Below, in pieces: positions 37,409 to 50,938 of a stretch of DNA of 64,000 nt. The stretch comes from Selaginella moellendorffii (lineage: Eukaryota; Plantae; Lycopodiophyta), in assembly GCF_000143415.4 (NCBI RefSeq), contig NW_003314372.1, positions 250,821-314,820 on the forward strand. Reading direction: 5' to 3'. A program made the position numbers and the translations under genes. Position 1 is the stretch's first letter, and each line of letters starts with the position of its first letter. Below the pieces are notes generated by a model. It did no database searches. It saw only the letters and a program-made list of their open reading frames with translations, and was not told the DNA's origin.

Positions 37409-39550
37409 CTTCTCCCCCTGGCGCCCTAGAAAACCATCACGCAAACAGAACAGAGCACCCTAATTCCCCCGTGTTTTAAAGCAGTCGATCGATCAATTCC
37501 AGAGAAACAAGATCTCGAGTGAGGTATTGGCCTGCTGGACGGCGAAGCGTTGCGCGGGCACTAGAGCTCGTCGCCGGCCAGCAGGCCAACACCTGCCTCA
37601 AAATCTTATGGGACAAGGAGGAGAATTCACACGCCAATTCCTTGACAAGAATTCAGCTCGCAAGGGGCGAGAAAGAGGCGAGAAGAAAAAAACGAGCAAT
37701 CTGTGGCAAGAATGTGGAGTGGAGCCCTAAAAAAGGCCCCTCTATGCCGTGCCCCATGCTCCATCACACATTGGATCAAACAAAATATCGGCAAGAGTAA
37801 GAGTTTGTTGCTCTTTGGTGGTTTCATAATTCACTGCGTGCCCACAAGCAATCATTCGCTTTATATTCCAAACCAAGCTCATAAACTTGGCCCAATTCAA
37901 CCTGACTGACGGCGGGAGAGAGAATATTTCCGGGCCAGAGAATATACCGGCAAATGATGCCCGTCAGGGAATCATTAGATTCCCTGCCCACTGTTTGCAG
38001 GGGCCTGATCTCCCGCTGGAACTCAAAACAAACAAACAGCCCTTGCGTTGCGTCGCTGTGTCATCAACTTTAAAGAAAGGAATCGCGCTGCCATCATTCT
38101 CGAAAGCCAGCGGCAGCACCAAATTTCTTATTCTTTGTTTTTTTTCCAACCTTCTCCTCCTCCTCTCTTTCTTTCCTTGTCAAGTGGATGTACCCGCTGA
38201 GAGAGACAACGCACTGTGAAACAAGGGTATCACGAAAAGCTTGCCTTGTTTGATTGATCTTCCTTTTCGCTCGCACCGCATTTCTGGCTTGGCGTCGTGC
38301 TAAGGGAAGAACGAGACGCGGTCAACGTAGCGTGCTGGTTACAATGACCCTCCCTGTTCATCATGAGTCATGAGACTGAGTGCGCCCTGGCATTTAACAG
38401 CAACCATTTAAATCTCCCCCGGGTTTATAAAACTCTTACACAATTCCTGGGAGGGTTCAGCAACAGCAACAGCCAGCAGCAACAGAGAGCTGTAAGGGAA
38501 TATGGAATCATGGATTAAACAAAGACAAGCTGTCTTGACTTGCCAGCAGACTAAACAGGGCTGGTCGGGATCGGAACCGGAAAAGAAAATAGACCCCATC
38601 TGTTTTGTGATGGATGCAAAAATCCAAATACATTGGTGCACGCTCTGATGTAATATGGCCAGCAGTAGCTTTCGTTAAGTCGTCCTGCATGGCGTCGGGC
38701 CTCTCTCACTGACTCTGTCTCAGACTCAGATCAAGTAAATGTAACCAAAACTCAGAGGACTCGACAACCAAGAAAGAATGCCCTCTCCCTCACCTGCATG
38801 TGAATGCAAAGCCAGTTGGTGCAAACTTTATCTCAGCTCGGCATCTTGCCTCTTTTCCCCTTTCTGCTAGTCACATCATCATTCCCAAAAGAAAAGTCGA
38901 TCTTGATTCAAACTCGACTTCCAAACTCGTTTACCCTAAACCGAGAGTTAACTTTGATTCGATGTCACCTTGACAAAATTGAGTAGGGCGTTAAGCCCGG
39001 GTGAGGCTCACCACAAGTGGTCAAGCCTCTCACCTCTGTATTGACCTCGAGTCGAATCACTCCGGTTCACTCCAAGATCCACCCTCAGTCCCCCTAAAAC
39101 CCCTAATCACCCGCCCGTACTTGCCAAGAAGTCCTCCCTGATGCGCCTGTTGACCCCCCTTCCAACTACCCGGTTCCCTGCCACATCAACACCTGTGTGT
39201 CTTGCCTCACTTTGCAATACATAATCAGTATTGGCCGCTACAGCTGCAGCGGTTCTCCCTTCTGTTGAAGCAAAGGTGCCTTTAGTTGGTGTTCTCCTCA
39301 TGCAGTCGGATTGAAGTTGAGTGTTGTATGTCACATTTCTGAGGCTAACACCTCCCTTACCTGTTTTGGCTTCGAGACATACACCCAATGGCCTTTCTCA
39401 TCTTGGCCACCTTGACCATTCTCATCTTGGTCAATGATATTCTGCCATGACCTTTCTGATCTTGGTCACTGGCATTCTGTCCTGACCTTTCTCATATTGG
39501 TCAGTGACATGCTGACTGTTCTCATATTGGTGAGTACACATGGGAATCTC

Positions 39551-39746
39551 ATATTTTTTATTGTGTATAGTATATACCATCTTTGTACAACATAATTATG
39601 TTTAATTTTAATAATATAGTATCAAATCAATCAAATACTCTTTTGTTCTATAGAACGAAACAAAGAGAACTTGATTGATTCAATACTACATTATTAAAAT
39701 TAAACATAATTTTAAGATGGTATACAGTAGACACAATAAAAAATAT
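39551..39746. repeat. AT-rich ~196-bp foldback (imperfect palindrome)
   Basis: Arms atattttttattgtgt..ataccatct..aattatgtttaattttaataat..aatcaatcaa mirrored about GTTCTATAGAAC (~39645-39656). Confidence 0.85.
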
Positions 39747-41869
39747 ACTATAAGGTTAAAAGTAAATAAATTAATGATTATAGAAAATGATATATTTCAT
39801 AACTTAAAATAGAAGAGTTGAATAGTTCTAACTATTTTATCTTGTAAATTAGTTATACTTTTATCAATAATATTATGATACTTATTACACATACATCAAT
39901 GAATCTAATCTCATTGAGTTGTTGGTTAGCTCAAATATAGTCTAAGATTTGTGCAATATTATAAAGTTATAATACTGTTTTTAAGATTAATAATTTGTGT
40001 ATTGAGACATGGAAAACAGACAACATTAGACACAATACAAAAGGCTACCATCTAAAAAAATGTGATTCATCATCACAAAAGCTTTTATTATGGTTTGAGA
40101 AAAAAAAAAGATTATGTATCATCAATACCCAAATACCAGAGTAAAACCTTACCTTTCATTAAAATATTTTAGCCTCAATAATATTTTTATGAAGCTTGCA
40201 AAGATCTCGTCATGTTGGAGAGGGGGAGAGAGAGAGAGAGAGAGTGCTACACCTTGCAGCTCATAATTTACCCGATCCCCCTAAAGAACATCAATTGATT
40301 TGGAGTGTCATTAAAATCTGTTTCCACACTTTTGGCATGCTCTTTATTTGAAGTTTTTAAATTTTATCAAAAGTATATTCCTAGATAATATTCTAAAAAA
40401 GGAATATGTGATGCTTAGGTGAATTGTAATTGTAATTTTTAATATAATCATAATTATATAAAATAACATAACATTATATCACATTTAAAACTCTGATTGT
40501 TGAGTGAAGTTTTGGATCTTCTATAAATGGACTCATTCACATGGCCAAATGAGTCATTTAGAAATAAAGGTTTGGTAACAAATTTTTTCTTTTATTTGAA
40601 ATCTCTATATAATTGATAAAAAAATATTATTACTCGATGATTCATTCAACTCTATAATTTTCCCTCAAGTAAGTGTTACTTAAGTACACTAAAATATAAT
40701 TATGTCAAAAAATATAGATTTAAAACTCACTTAAACTATACATCTTGTAAATTTAAAAACATAAACATTGTTATGGAGTTTAAGTTCTTATCTTTTCAAA
40801 CAGAAAGTTTTGGAATTGCATGATACTAAGTGAACGAAATTACCTTTATGTGTTATATTTTATTCTAAGAACTTTAAATATTTGCATATTTATCTTAGAT
40901 ATTCCCTTTGTGCCTAAAATTTATATTCATGTATTTTGAGAGTAATTTTAAAAATTATAAGTATTCTATTATATATCATAAACATTATTTCTGTATATGT
41001 TTTTATATAGAGAGAATTCTAATCTGAAATAACATTAATGTTTTCTATATTCATGTACTTATATTTAAAATTAAGGCTTTATATCAATGTTATGAATGCT
41101 GAAATTTTATAATGATAAATGAATGGTAAGGTTTTACTCTTTATTGGGCTAGAGTAGGGTTTAAGGATATATAATATTTTTCTTTATGCTAGAAATATAA
41201 TATATCTGAAAATTCACGAAATGTATAAATTTAAATTTCAATTGATGATAAATCAAATTTCTTTATATGATCCATGTACTCATGTTGTCTTGATCATATT
41301 TATAAATTATTGTGTTTTTCATGTATAAATGCAATGTAAGATAAAGTGTTAGAAAATTTATGATATTACATAAATCTTAGACTATATCTTAGCCAATTGA
41401 CAACTCAATGTGCTTAATTTCATAAATTATTGTATTAATAATTAATATAGAATTAATGATAAAAACAAAAATATTTTACATAAGAAATAGCTACAACTAT
41501 TTAGTCCTCTAGTTTAAGCTAGAATATATAATATTTTTTAGATACTATTTTCTTTCTATTCTACATTAAAATAATTTTATGTCTTTTTGCATTATATTTA
41601 GTATTTTTAAAATTTAATTTTAATAAATTCTTTGTAAGTATATTGTATCTTTTTATATTTTTATAATTTATTTTATCTTTTTGCATATTTGTATTCGACA
41701 TCCTCTCCCTTCATAATATTTATATTCATACTTCTTAAGAGTACTATTTAAAAGTTAAAGTATTGTATTATATATCATTAACATGCTTTCTGGATATCTT
41801 TTTAATCTAGCTAATATGAATTAAGAATATTATCTCTATGTTTTATTTATTTTTATTTAAATTTACAGC

Positions 41870-42760
41870 ATGTAGGCTTCTGAGAACACCATTTTCTGAA
41901 CATTTCTGAATGGCAAACTGGATGCTGCAAGCGTATCCATGGCAGGAGCTATTGCTATAGAAGTTGGGATGAGACCACTGAACCATTAGAACCAGCAACA
42001 GATCAAGCATTAACTGAAAGTGCAGTTACTCTTGAGCAAAGACACAAGCTTGAGCGTCAGGTAATCTCTATCCTTGATTCATTGTAAATTAGCACCAGTG
42101 CTATCAATTTCTTCTGTAACTTTTCCACCTTATACACCATGAAGAACTGGGCATTCTATTACAAGCTTTTTACACTATGCAGAAAGGAATCAACCAGAAG
42201 CCTCGCAAGGGTATTGATTTCCTTGCAAACCCCAAGAAAGTGGAGAAAGTTCGTAAAGAAGTTCCCAAATTCCTTTTGAGTACCACAGGTCTCAACAAAG
42301 GCATGACCGGGGATTACCTTGGTGAAAAAGAGGAGTTTTCATTAAAAGTCATGCATCCCTATGTTGACTCCTTCAAGTTTCATAATATGGAGTTTGACGA
42401 GTCGATATGAACATATTCAGGCTCCCTAGAGAGGCTCAGAAAATGGACTGACAGGATAATGGAAACATTTGCAGAGCAATATTGCATCTGTAATTCACGA
42501 GTGCTTATGTTCTGGCATATTCTTTAATTATGCTTAACACTAATGCGCACAACGTGATGGTGAAAGTAAGGTGAGGAAATGCTTCCACTGTCATTCCAAG
42601 ATCTCTCATTTGCTATTACAGATGTCTAAAGCTTCAATTATATAAAATAATAGTGGCATTGACGATGGAAGGATCTTCCTGAAGAGTTTATGGGAGGACT
42701 ATACGTGCAAAAAGAAATTAAAATGAAAGAGGATAATGTTATTCCGTCACCAAACCAGCT
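41870..42760 (+). pseudogene. Fragment of a BIG-type Sec7 ARF-GEF gene with introns
   Basis: KPRKGIDFL..GLNKGMTGDYLGEKEEFSLKVMH.YVDSF.F..MEFDE; AYVLAYSLIMLNT.AHN; stops and frameshifts; GT-AG intron 42061-42182. Confidence 0.85.
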
Positions 42761-42769
42761 GGGATGGAC

Positions 42770-44270
42770 AATAATTTTCCTGCTTGGATTGACAACATTC
42801 TGAACATAGTTATCCGAAAGCCCAACAGTGTGCAGCTGCCACGCCAGAATATCCTTAAGGATTTCTCCCCAAAGTTCACACTGGAGACAACGCAATGTCT
42901 CTGAGCATTCCTTAAGGCCCTGTGTGGGGGTAAGATCGTCTCGTCCCAGAATGTCCCCCACCGCACGTTCACCGCACGTTCAGCGCCTCTATCAAGTATC
43001 GTATGTTTAGAGATGGCTTGCGGCTCCCCCCCACCCCTCAGGCTGGAGTCTAATGGTGCAGAGAACATGTTCCGAGAGAGAGGAGAAGCGGGGCCACGTC
43101 TGCAGCTCTCCTCCGTCCCTGTGTATGAGCTCCGTTGCATCTCTATCAAGGCAGTCAAGCGAGTCCCTTCGTGTGTAAAGGGTGGCCACGCCCTCCACGT
43201 GTTGCAGGTCGATGACTCCAAGGTGGTGCACCAACGCTTCCCAAATCGCACATTCTTGGGCTCGCATGTGCTCGAGACTGTCCCGGAGATCTTCTTGGTG
43301 TTCCACCACATTAAACTCACTGAGCATCACCCATACATCGAGGTTCTTATCCAGGGAGTGTTGGAGGGTCTCCCAGAGGACCGTTCTCCCCTTCCTCTTG
43401 TTTGGAGACTAAATGTTGATGAAGTCAACCCGTCCATAGTGGAGTCGCATGACCAGGAGCTGTGCTCTCACTCGGCCAACCATGGTCTGCACCACTTCAT
43501 TCCAACAAACTTTCCCTCACATCTCTAGGCCATGTACCAGGACTACGTCCATCTTGTGTTCCTGGATGGCCAAGATGTTAATGCGTCCCTGGAGGCTGAG
43601 CTCCACAAGATAGCCCTGAGTTTTATCCTTTTGTTGACTCAATCACTGCTGAGGCCACGGCAGTTCTACAACAGCAGTGTAGTCATGACGAAATTTACTT
43701 CCAGGCGAACATGGTGATTCACTATTGGCATCGATTTGGTAGTGACAGCCATTGTCTTCCCTCGAAGCTTTGCCCAGGAGAAGCCCCTGATTTCCAAATC
43801 CAAGAGCCCCGTCCATTCTTCAATTGCCTTCTCCATGTGAGTCTGGTAATTCCCATTAATGATTATCTCGGGATGTATTCCACCTGTACACTAGCCAATC
43901 ACCCTCATCTGTGGCTCCTACCAGAATCCATCTGATGGCCATATGAACCACCCTCAGGAGGACAGGCTGAAAACCATCTTGCTCTAGTTCCAAAGGAGAT
44001 TCGAACAAAGGTTGGTTGCCTGTGCTGGGTACCAGAGCCGCTATTGGAGTGGAGTGGAGCTTCAATTGGATCTTTACCCTTCACCCATTCCACATTGGCT
44101 CTAGATGAGTTTTCATGGCCTCACAGCTGGACTCAATGTGTCCCACCACCTTACAGTAGTTGCAGTGAGGCACTGTGTCTTCTTGCAACTGTGCTGCCTG
44201 AGCATAGCAATCTCTGAAGGGACCACCAGTCCATAAAAACCTTGAGGTCGAGCACCCTTTCCTCCTGGAC
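42770..44270 (-). mobile_element. Degenerate L1-type LINE (ORF1 zinc knuckle and endonuclease)
   Basis: CNYCKVVGHIESSC at ~44130-44170; EN-like SEFNVVE and DSLDCLD motifs; boundaries approximate. Confidence 0.7.
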
Positions 44271-46381
44271 TGTTATGATACAATGCAAAAAGACAGAGAT
44301 CTGGTCTTCCTAGACTACACTATGCCTCATCTTTAGGTTCCTCACCACCTAACAACCCCCAAGCTACCTCAAAAGCTCCACTGTGCCACTGCTCCAGCCC
44401 TAGGGTAGGTTAAGTCCCCTACCCTAACATGCCTTAATATACCCTTGAGCCTCTTTTTGACCAATGTTGACTATGTGGTCAAAGTTGGTGCCTAACAATT
44501 TTTCCCCCCCAACAAGTCTTTGTCCTAAGGATGAGTTGTACCGGTGATCACCCTTTCTGGGGAACCCTACTCAAGCTCCTAGTCCATCTTCCATAGCTGT
44601 ATACATCAAGGAGGCATTGGGCCTGTCACTCCGAGATAGTACATCTTTCAATTGGCTAACATAAAATACCAAATGAATTTTCACCCTAGCTGGCAACTAT
44701 ACTTGATAAGCCACTTTACCAATGCACTCTCAGCACTTCATATAGACTAGTATATTAATGGGAAAGTTTATCACTCTTCCATATCTGTAAAGGCACCAAG
44801 GTGTTTCACTGTGCACTTGACGGAAAGATCACTCACACGAAAACAAGATCACCCTTATATTCTCAGAATTTGCAATGCTCGTTAGTAAACTTCTCCGCTT
44901 TATCTTGAGCTACCTACAAATTCCATTTGTACACCACTAGAATCTCATCAAGTTTTATGGCTAAATTAGTCGCCTCTAAATTAATCTTGTTTTGAACATC
45001 TTTACTCAAATGCAATTCTAACTCCACTGCTGTTTGGGGATGCTTTACAAGCATGGCAAAGTAAAGACTTAGCTTGGTTCCATTGTGTTGGCTATTGTTG
45101 TAAGCAAATTGCACCAGTTGAAGATATAAATCCCACTGTCCTTGCCTTTGACCAATGCTACAACATAGTATATCCTCTACCACTTGATTCACACGCTCGG
45201 TTTGCCCATTTGTTTGAGGATAATCTCCACTTGAGAGTTTTAAAGTCACTTGTATAGTCTTTGCAAAGCTCTTCCAAAATCTACTTGTGAACTTTAAATC
45301 TCGATCACTAATGATGTCCTCCAGCAAACCAAAATCAGGAAAAACCTTCTCCAAATAGATTGCAGCCAAGTCTGAGGCAATGATAATCTTCCAAAGAGGC
45401 AATAACTACACATACTTTGTCAATTGATCCACTATGACCCATATTTGCTCTTTTTGTCTCTGTGTTCATGGTAAATAAGTGATGAAGCCCATAGAAATAC
45501 TACACCAATGAATCTGAGGAATAGGTAAAGGTTGCAAAAGTCCCCTTAGCTTCTCCCGTGGCACTTTAACCCACTAATAGAGCTCGCATGATTATATCAG
45601 GTTTCATATTCCTCTAATAAAAGTTGCACTTAATCAATGCATATGTCTTCTTTCCCCCAAAATGACCAACCTTTGAACGATCATGATAGTGGAATAAAAC
45701 TTAAGTAATTAACACATCCACCATAGCAAATATACATGACCATTGTAATAGAGAATCCCATCCACCAATAAGAAAGGGGCTTACATCTGGTTGCACAAAG
45801 AGGCCACCTCAGCATCCTAAGCTTGAGTATGCTCAACCAACTGCCTAAACTCGTTGACCATCTTACTCAAATGATGACAAAACCATGTTTGTAATGCCAT
45901 CATATAACGAACACGGGATGAAGCATCTGCCACCACACTTGATTTTCCCAGACGATACTCAATAGAAAACTCCCCAGTGTCCATGAGTTTGACTATCCAA
46001 TAAGATTGCCTAGTGTTCAACTCCTTCTATGTGAAAAGATATATAAGTGGTTTGTGATCCATCAACACCACGAACACTGCACCATAAAGATAGTGCCACC
46101 AAAACCGTAAAGCATGAACAATAGAGTGTAACTCTTGCTCATATGTGGAATAGCATTGTTCTGCAAGATTCAAAGTTCAACTCTCATATACAATAAGCTC
46201 TCTCTCTTGCATGAGAACTCCTTCTAGTGTATAACCACTCGCATCACATGTCACCTTATAAGGTTTTAATGGATCAGCAATGCAAAGCATTGGAACCTTG
46301 TTCAACAATCACTTCAGCACCACAAAATTCTCCTCTTGTGGCTTGTTTCATTGAAATGGCACATTCTTGCATAACAATTGT
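44271..46381 (-). mobile_element. Ty3/Gypsy 3' part: RNase H, integrase, PPT, putative 3' LTR (44497-44271)
   Basis: Integrase IISDRD.KFTSRFW..YPQTNGQTERVNQ; RNase H FW.HYLYG, IEYRLGK..VVADA; GGGGGGGAAAAA then TGTTAGG...ATAACA. Confidence 0.88.
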
Positions 46382-49300
46382 TGTTAAGGTGTGGCTATTG
46401 TGTGTGAGAGAGAGAGAGAGAGAGAGGGAGGGAATATCCTCAAAATATTCCCCATTTTCCTTGTATAAAACCCTTGCCTCAGAAGGGCAAGGGGTGGGGG
46501 AGGGGGGGAGGGGGGGTGCATTTCTCGTGTTTGAGTGAGCATTGGGGGAGGTGCCCCTCCTTCCCCCAACAAATGGTGAACCAGCATGATGTGCAACACT
46601 TTTTGAAGTATCATTTCTCTCTTTTTCTTTTGGCTGCAGACTTTGGGAAGGAATTCCTTGTTCGTCTTGAGGCGGTTTTGTTTGATCTTGGGCGTGTTGG
46701 ATAGGTCTAGAGCTCCTCTTTCCAGCAAGGTATGGCGCTCATCAAGCTGTGTGGTATTTGAAGAGATACAACATTTTTTGGCTCAGTTGGATTAACATTT
46801 TGGGGTTTTCACTTTCTCCCCTGGATCATCGGCCTAATTTCTCAAAGTAGTGCATTTGGGTTTGTAGATCTGGCCTAGATCTACGAGTAGTGGTGATTCT
46901 TGGTGCTAGATTTGGCCAAATTGGTGGCATGCAAAAGGATTTTTTTCTCCGCTAGATTGGGTCATCTTTGTAGTAGGAATTCGTGCTCCTCTAGGCTTTG
47001 TTTTGCCGTTTGTTTCTAGAGGTGATTTTGGTCTTAGGCTTTCTGAAAAGACCAATGGCGCCTCAGTATCAATCTACATCAGTGACATACCACAATATTG
47101 GCATTCTGGGCTACCTCTTCATGGATTTTAGGGAATATTGAGGTGGCTTCTTCCCAAATTCCTACAATAGAGGGTAGACGGGGCTGAGCTCTTTCCAACG
47201 AGCCCACCAACAGTCAAAATGGGGAAGGATCGAGACTAGAGGACTCATTTATCTCTTTTGGGCTAAACTTTGTTAGAGGTTCCTTGGGAACAAAGCAATC
47301 TTCAAGGAATAGGTAGGCGTAGGAACAAGAACAGAGGGAGCAAGAACAAGGGTTGGTATAGGAACAAGGAGGAACAGGTAGACTTGGTGTTGGAGTAGGT
47401 GCAGCAGTTGGAGTGAGAGTAGGGGTTACCAATTACAGGTTGTGGGTCCTCGGTTATTGGTTACCGGTTACCAGTTACTCTAGCGGCTACTCCGGCAGTT
47501 ACCTTATGGGTCAATGGTTATGTGTGCTTGAGGCCTACATCTCCTTCCATTTCGACCCTTATTTCTTTTCATCACAAGCAGTTTGGGCAACTTGAGCACT
47601 AGCCTATAGTCTTCTTGCTCCTGTCAACCCAGTTGCCTTGATTGGGCATTTGCAGTGTTTAGGGTATTTGATGTTAGTACAAACTCAACGTACAACAAAT
47701 TGGTGCCCTTTTACCATACCTCAAGGCCCTAAGGTATGGAGTAAACTCTCTAACATCCAAAGGCAGCTTAGGTACGACACTGCACCTTCTCGGGTCGAGT
47801 CCTCTTCATCCTCAGCAGATTCCAGTGACTTAGATCTATGAGCTATGGCATAGCCACCTTTAGCTCGACCTCAACTCCATGTTCTGCAGAGGGGGAGTGA
47901 TCTACTGACATTCTTAGGTGTTGGAATAGTCTCTCCAACATCGCATATCAATTGCTTTTATTACTACTACACCACAAACATGATCATTGATGATGATCGT
48001 ATGTGCCGCGACTTCTTGTAGTCTCTTGAAGGCAAAGCAGCAATTTGGGTAAAGTCTCTCCTCCCAGAGGACCGGACAGACTTCTAGACACTACTTGCTT
48101 CTTTCAAAGAATGCTCCGTTGAAGAAAAACTCACAAATTGGCTACTTGTCTACCTCTTTTCTTTTCGGCAGGATGCTCACGAGTCTGTTCCTGACTACAT
48201 CACTCGGTTTCAAGCATATTGGAAGCAGTGTTGGGATTGCAGAGTGGTCCAAGATGAGCAACAGGGAATCACGGCATTCACAGCGGGTCTACATGGGAAC
48301 TTGCAGCGGAAACTTCTTAAGAAGACATTCAGGTCTTGCCACGAGGCATTTCATTTGCCACGAAGCTAGAAAGAGAGCTTCTTGTTGACTTGGGGATTGC
48401 TAGAGTTGATTTTGACCAAGCCATCACCCCGTCAGAGTCACCTTGTGCAGCTGTTCGCCTATCAACAAAAAAGCCCATCACTTTTGAGCATACACCTCTG
48501 GCTATTGAGAACTTTGCCAATGAGATATAGCAGCTGAAGGAGATCATTTTTCAGCAACAATCACACCAAGACAAACTGCTCCAGGAGCTGGTGGAGTCTA
48601 GGAAAGAGGCCACTACAGCTCGGGAATGCAGATTTATGTCTTGTTGGTGCACTCACTGCGAGACGAACACACACAACATGCAGTGCTACTTCAAGCTTCA
48701 CCCAAAGCTTCGGTCTCCATCTTCTCAATGTGTCCAACAATATCCCTTCATTGATAACTCCACATCGTCTCGAGGTTCAGAGACATATTAGGAGCAGCTG
48801 GAGCGACAAACGATTGAGGCAGCCCCTTCATCTAGCAAAAGCAAGGCACCAGCCTCATTGGTCAACATGATTTTGGTAGCCGAGGAACTCTGTAGGCAAC
48901 AGTAGCAAACCGCAGCCACTCGAGCCCAAGCGAAGAAGAAGGCACCCGCTCAACTTGCCACAGATCCCCCGGCGCCAGTTGAGAGTGAATCTCTTTCGGC
49001 ACCAAATCCAGTGACACAGAGGGTGGCTTATAAGCTCCCCTTCAAGTCACTACTCTCTTCTCCTCCTAAGATCTCACCAATAGCTATTCCTATTCTGGAG
49101 TTGGTTCTTCAACAGCTGGTTGACACTCCCGTCACCTTTTCGCTCCAAGACATGTTGTGTCTTGTCCCGGGATTCGGCCAGTGTTTAGAGGAGTTTGCAC
49201 GGTTAGGAACACCAGAGAGCACTCTCAATAGGACTCCTCAAGAGGTGCACATTGTCAATATGACAAGATATGGTGGAGATCCTAGTCTATTATTCATCCC

Positions 49301-50938
49301 GGTGTAGATTGGTATTTCCTCTTGTAAGATGGATGCTTTGGTTGACTCTGGTTTTAGAAGCAACATTATCTCTGTTGAAGTTGACCTTTCAGCACAGCTA
49401 CAGATCATTGAGAGCTCCTCCATTGTTCTCAAGACCTTCACCAACCACACTGTTCCTCCAACGGGCATTTGCTGTGGTGTCAATATCTCAGTATAGGGTG
49501 TTATTTTTGAGGTGGATTTCCTTGAGGTTGACTACCAATGTCTTGGAATGTCCTCTTTGAAGGACCCTATCATCCTTGGCCGCTCATGGAAGGTCACAGC
49601 CCATTGCACCATTGACAGCGCACAGGGCAAGATAGAAATTAGCAATGGAACCCATAGCGCCACCTTTCTCAACAACCACGGCAGAGCTCTTTCTCAGCAA
49701 GCCCAGCCAGGCTTAGACTAAGATGGCCTCCACACCACACTTCCCTCCCGAGCTCACGGAGGTTTTTCCTGAGTTGGCGGTGGAGTCGACCATCTATATG
49801 ACAGATGCTTTCTCCTGCAATGCAATTGATGTGGTTGGAGGTGAGTCAGATAGCCCGAGACATCTCTCAGCTTCACTCTCTTTATTTGAGAGTAAGGCCG
49901 AGTCTCTAGCCACGCCCTCTTTATTTGATGGTGGGGTTTATAGAGTACGGGCTCCCATATCCAGCTTTTCGGAGTGTTTCTTGATAGAGGAAGGGCTCCT
50001 TGATTCGTTTCTTGCATGGGACCAACTCCCTCTTATGGAGCTTGATGATACAGTCACTCCAGACCAGGTCCATCTTTCACAGGACACAGCTGAACTTAAT
50101 CCTCCTCAGCAACTATCTGAGGTGTCACACAGGCAGCATCTTCCTACAAAAATCACGGTAGCTGATGACTCTGAGCGTATTTTGTCATGCCGTTTGTTGG
50201 AGATGGAAGAAGACATCCAGACACAAAACTGGCAGAAAGAATCAAACCAATCGGACGTGCTGCATGCGAGTTATAGCTCTTTGAGTTCAAAATTTCCTAC
50301 CATGGAGCCCCTAGTACTCCAACCACCAAAACGACAACTCCCTTTCAAAATTTACATCACAACGGGTACAAAGGCTTTTGGAGTATGCCTTTGCCAATGT
50401 TCACAGCCTGGCAAGCCACCATATGCAACATATTATGCCTCACATTTGTTCAAGGAGACCGAGAAGAAGCGGAAAAAGAGGCAATGGTTGTTGTTTACAC
50501 CTTGGAGCAATTTCGTCACTTTCTCGTTGGAGCCTATATCCATTTCCACGTTTATTTTAATGTGCTGACCTTTCTTTTACAGCGACCAATTCATAGTCCT
50601 CGTACTTTATCTTGGATTGTGACCATCCAAGAGTTCCAGCCAACTTTTCACATGTGGTGGAAGCGTGTGATGGATCCAAGCGAGTTCCCGGTTGCTGAAG
50701 CTACTTCCTTTGTGGTCCCAGCAGCATTACAGGACATTGCAGTGTACCTGGATGTAGGTCAGTTCCCAGCAGATTCCTCACTCGTGCAACAAAAGGCATT
50801 GGAGATCTGAGCACGGGGGTTTTGCCTTCTCGATGGACACCTTTACAGGAGGACGTCTTAGGAAGTTTTGTTGCGGTGTGTGGGGGAACATGAGGTCCTT
50901 AAGCTCCTTTGTGCATTCCACTCTTGTGTGGGGCATTT
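46382..50938 (+). mobile_element. Degenerate Gypsy-like element: gag, zinc knuckle, protease, RNase H-like fragment
   Basis: SLEGKAAIWVKSL (gag), CTHCETNTH, DALVDSG (protease), IILGRSW, EKEAMVVVYTLEQFRHFLVG (RNase H); 5' boundary inferred from TGTTAAGG. Confidence 0.75.

Noticed and set aside
31430-37444. Long antisense and alternate-frame ORFs over the kinase, NBP35 and Mpv17 genes
   Set aside because: Expected shadows of GC-rich codon usage; no independent motifs
37500-39390. Short ORFs and a small hairpin (CAGGGAATC-ATTA-GATTCCCTG, ~37965-37986)
   Set aside because: No consistent gene model or recognisable ncRNA could be built
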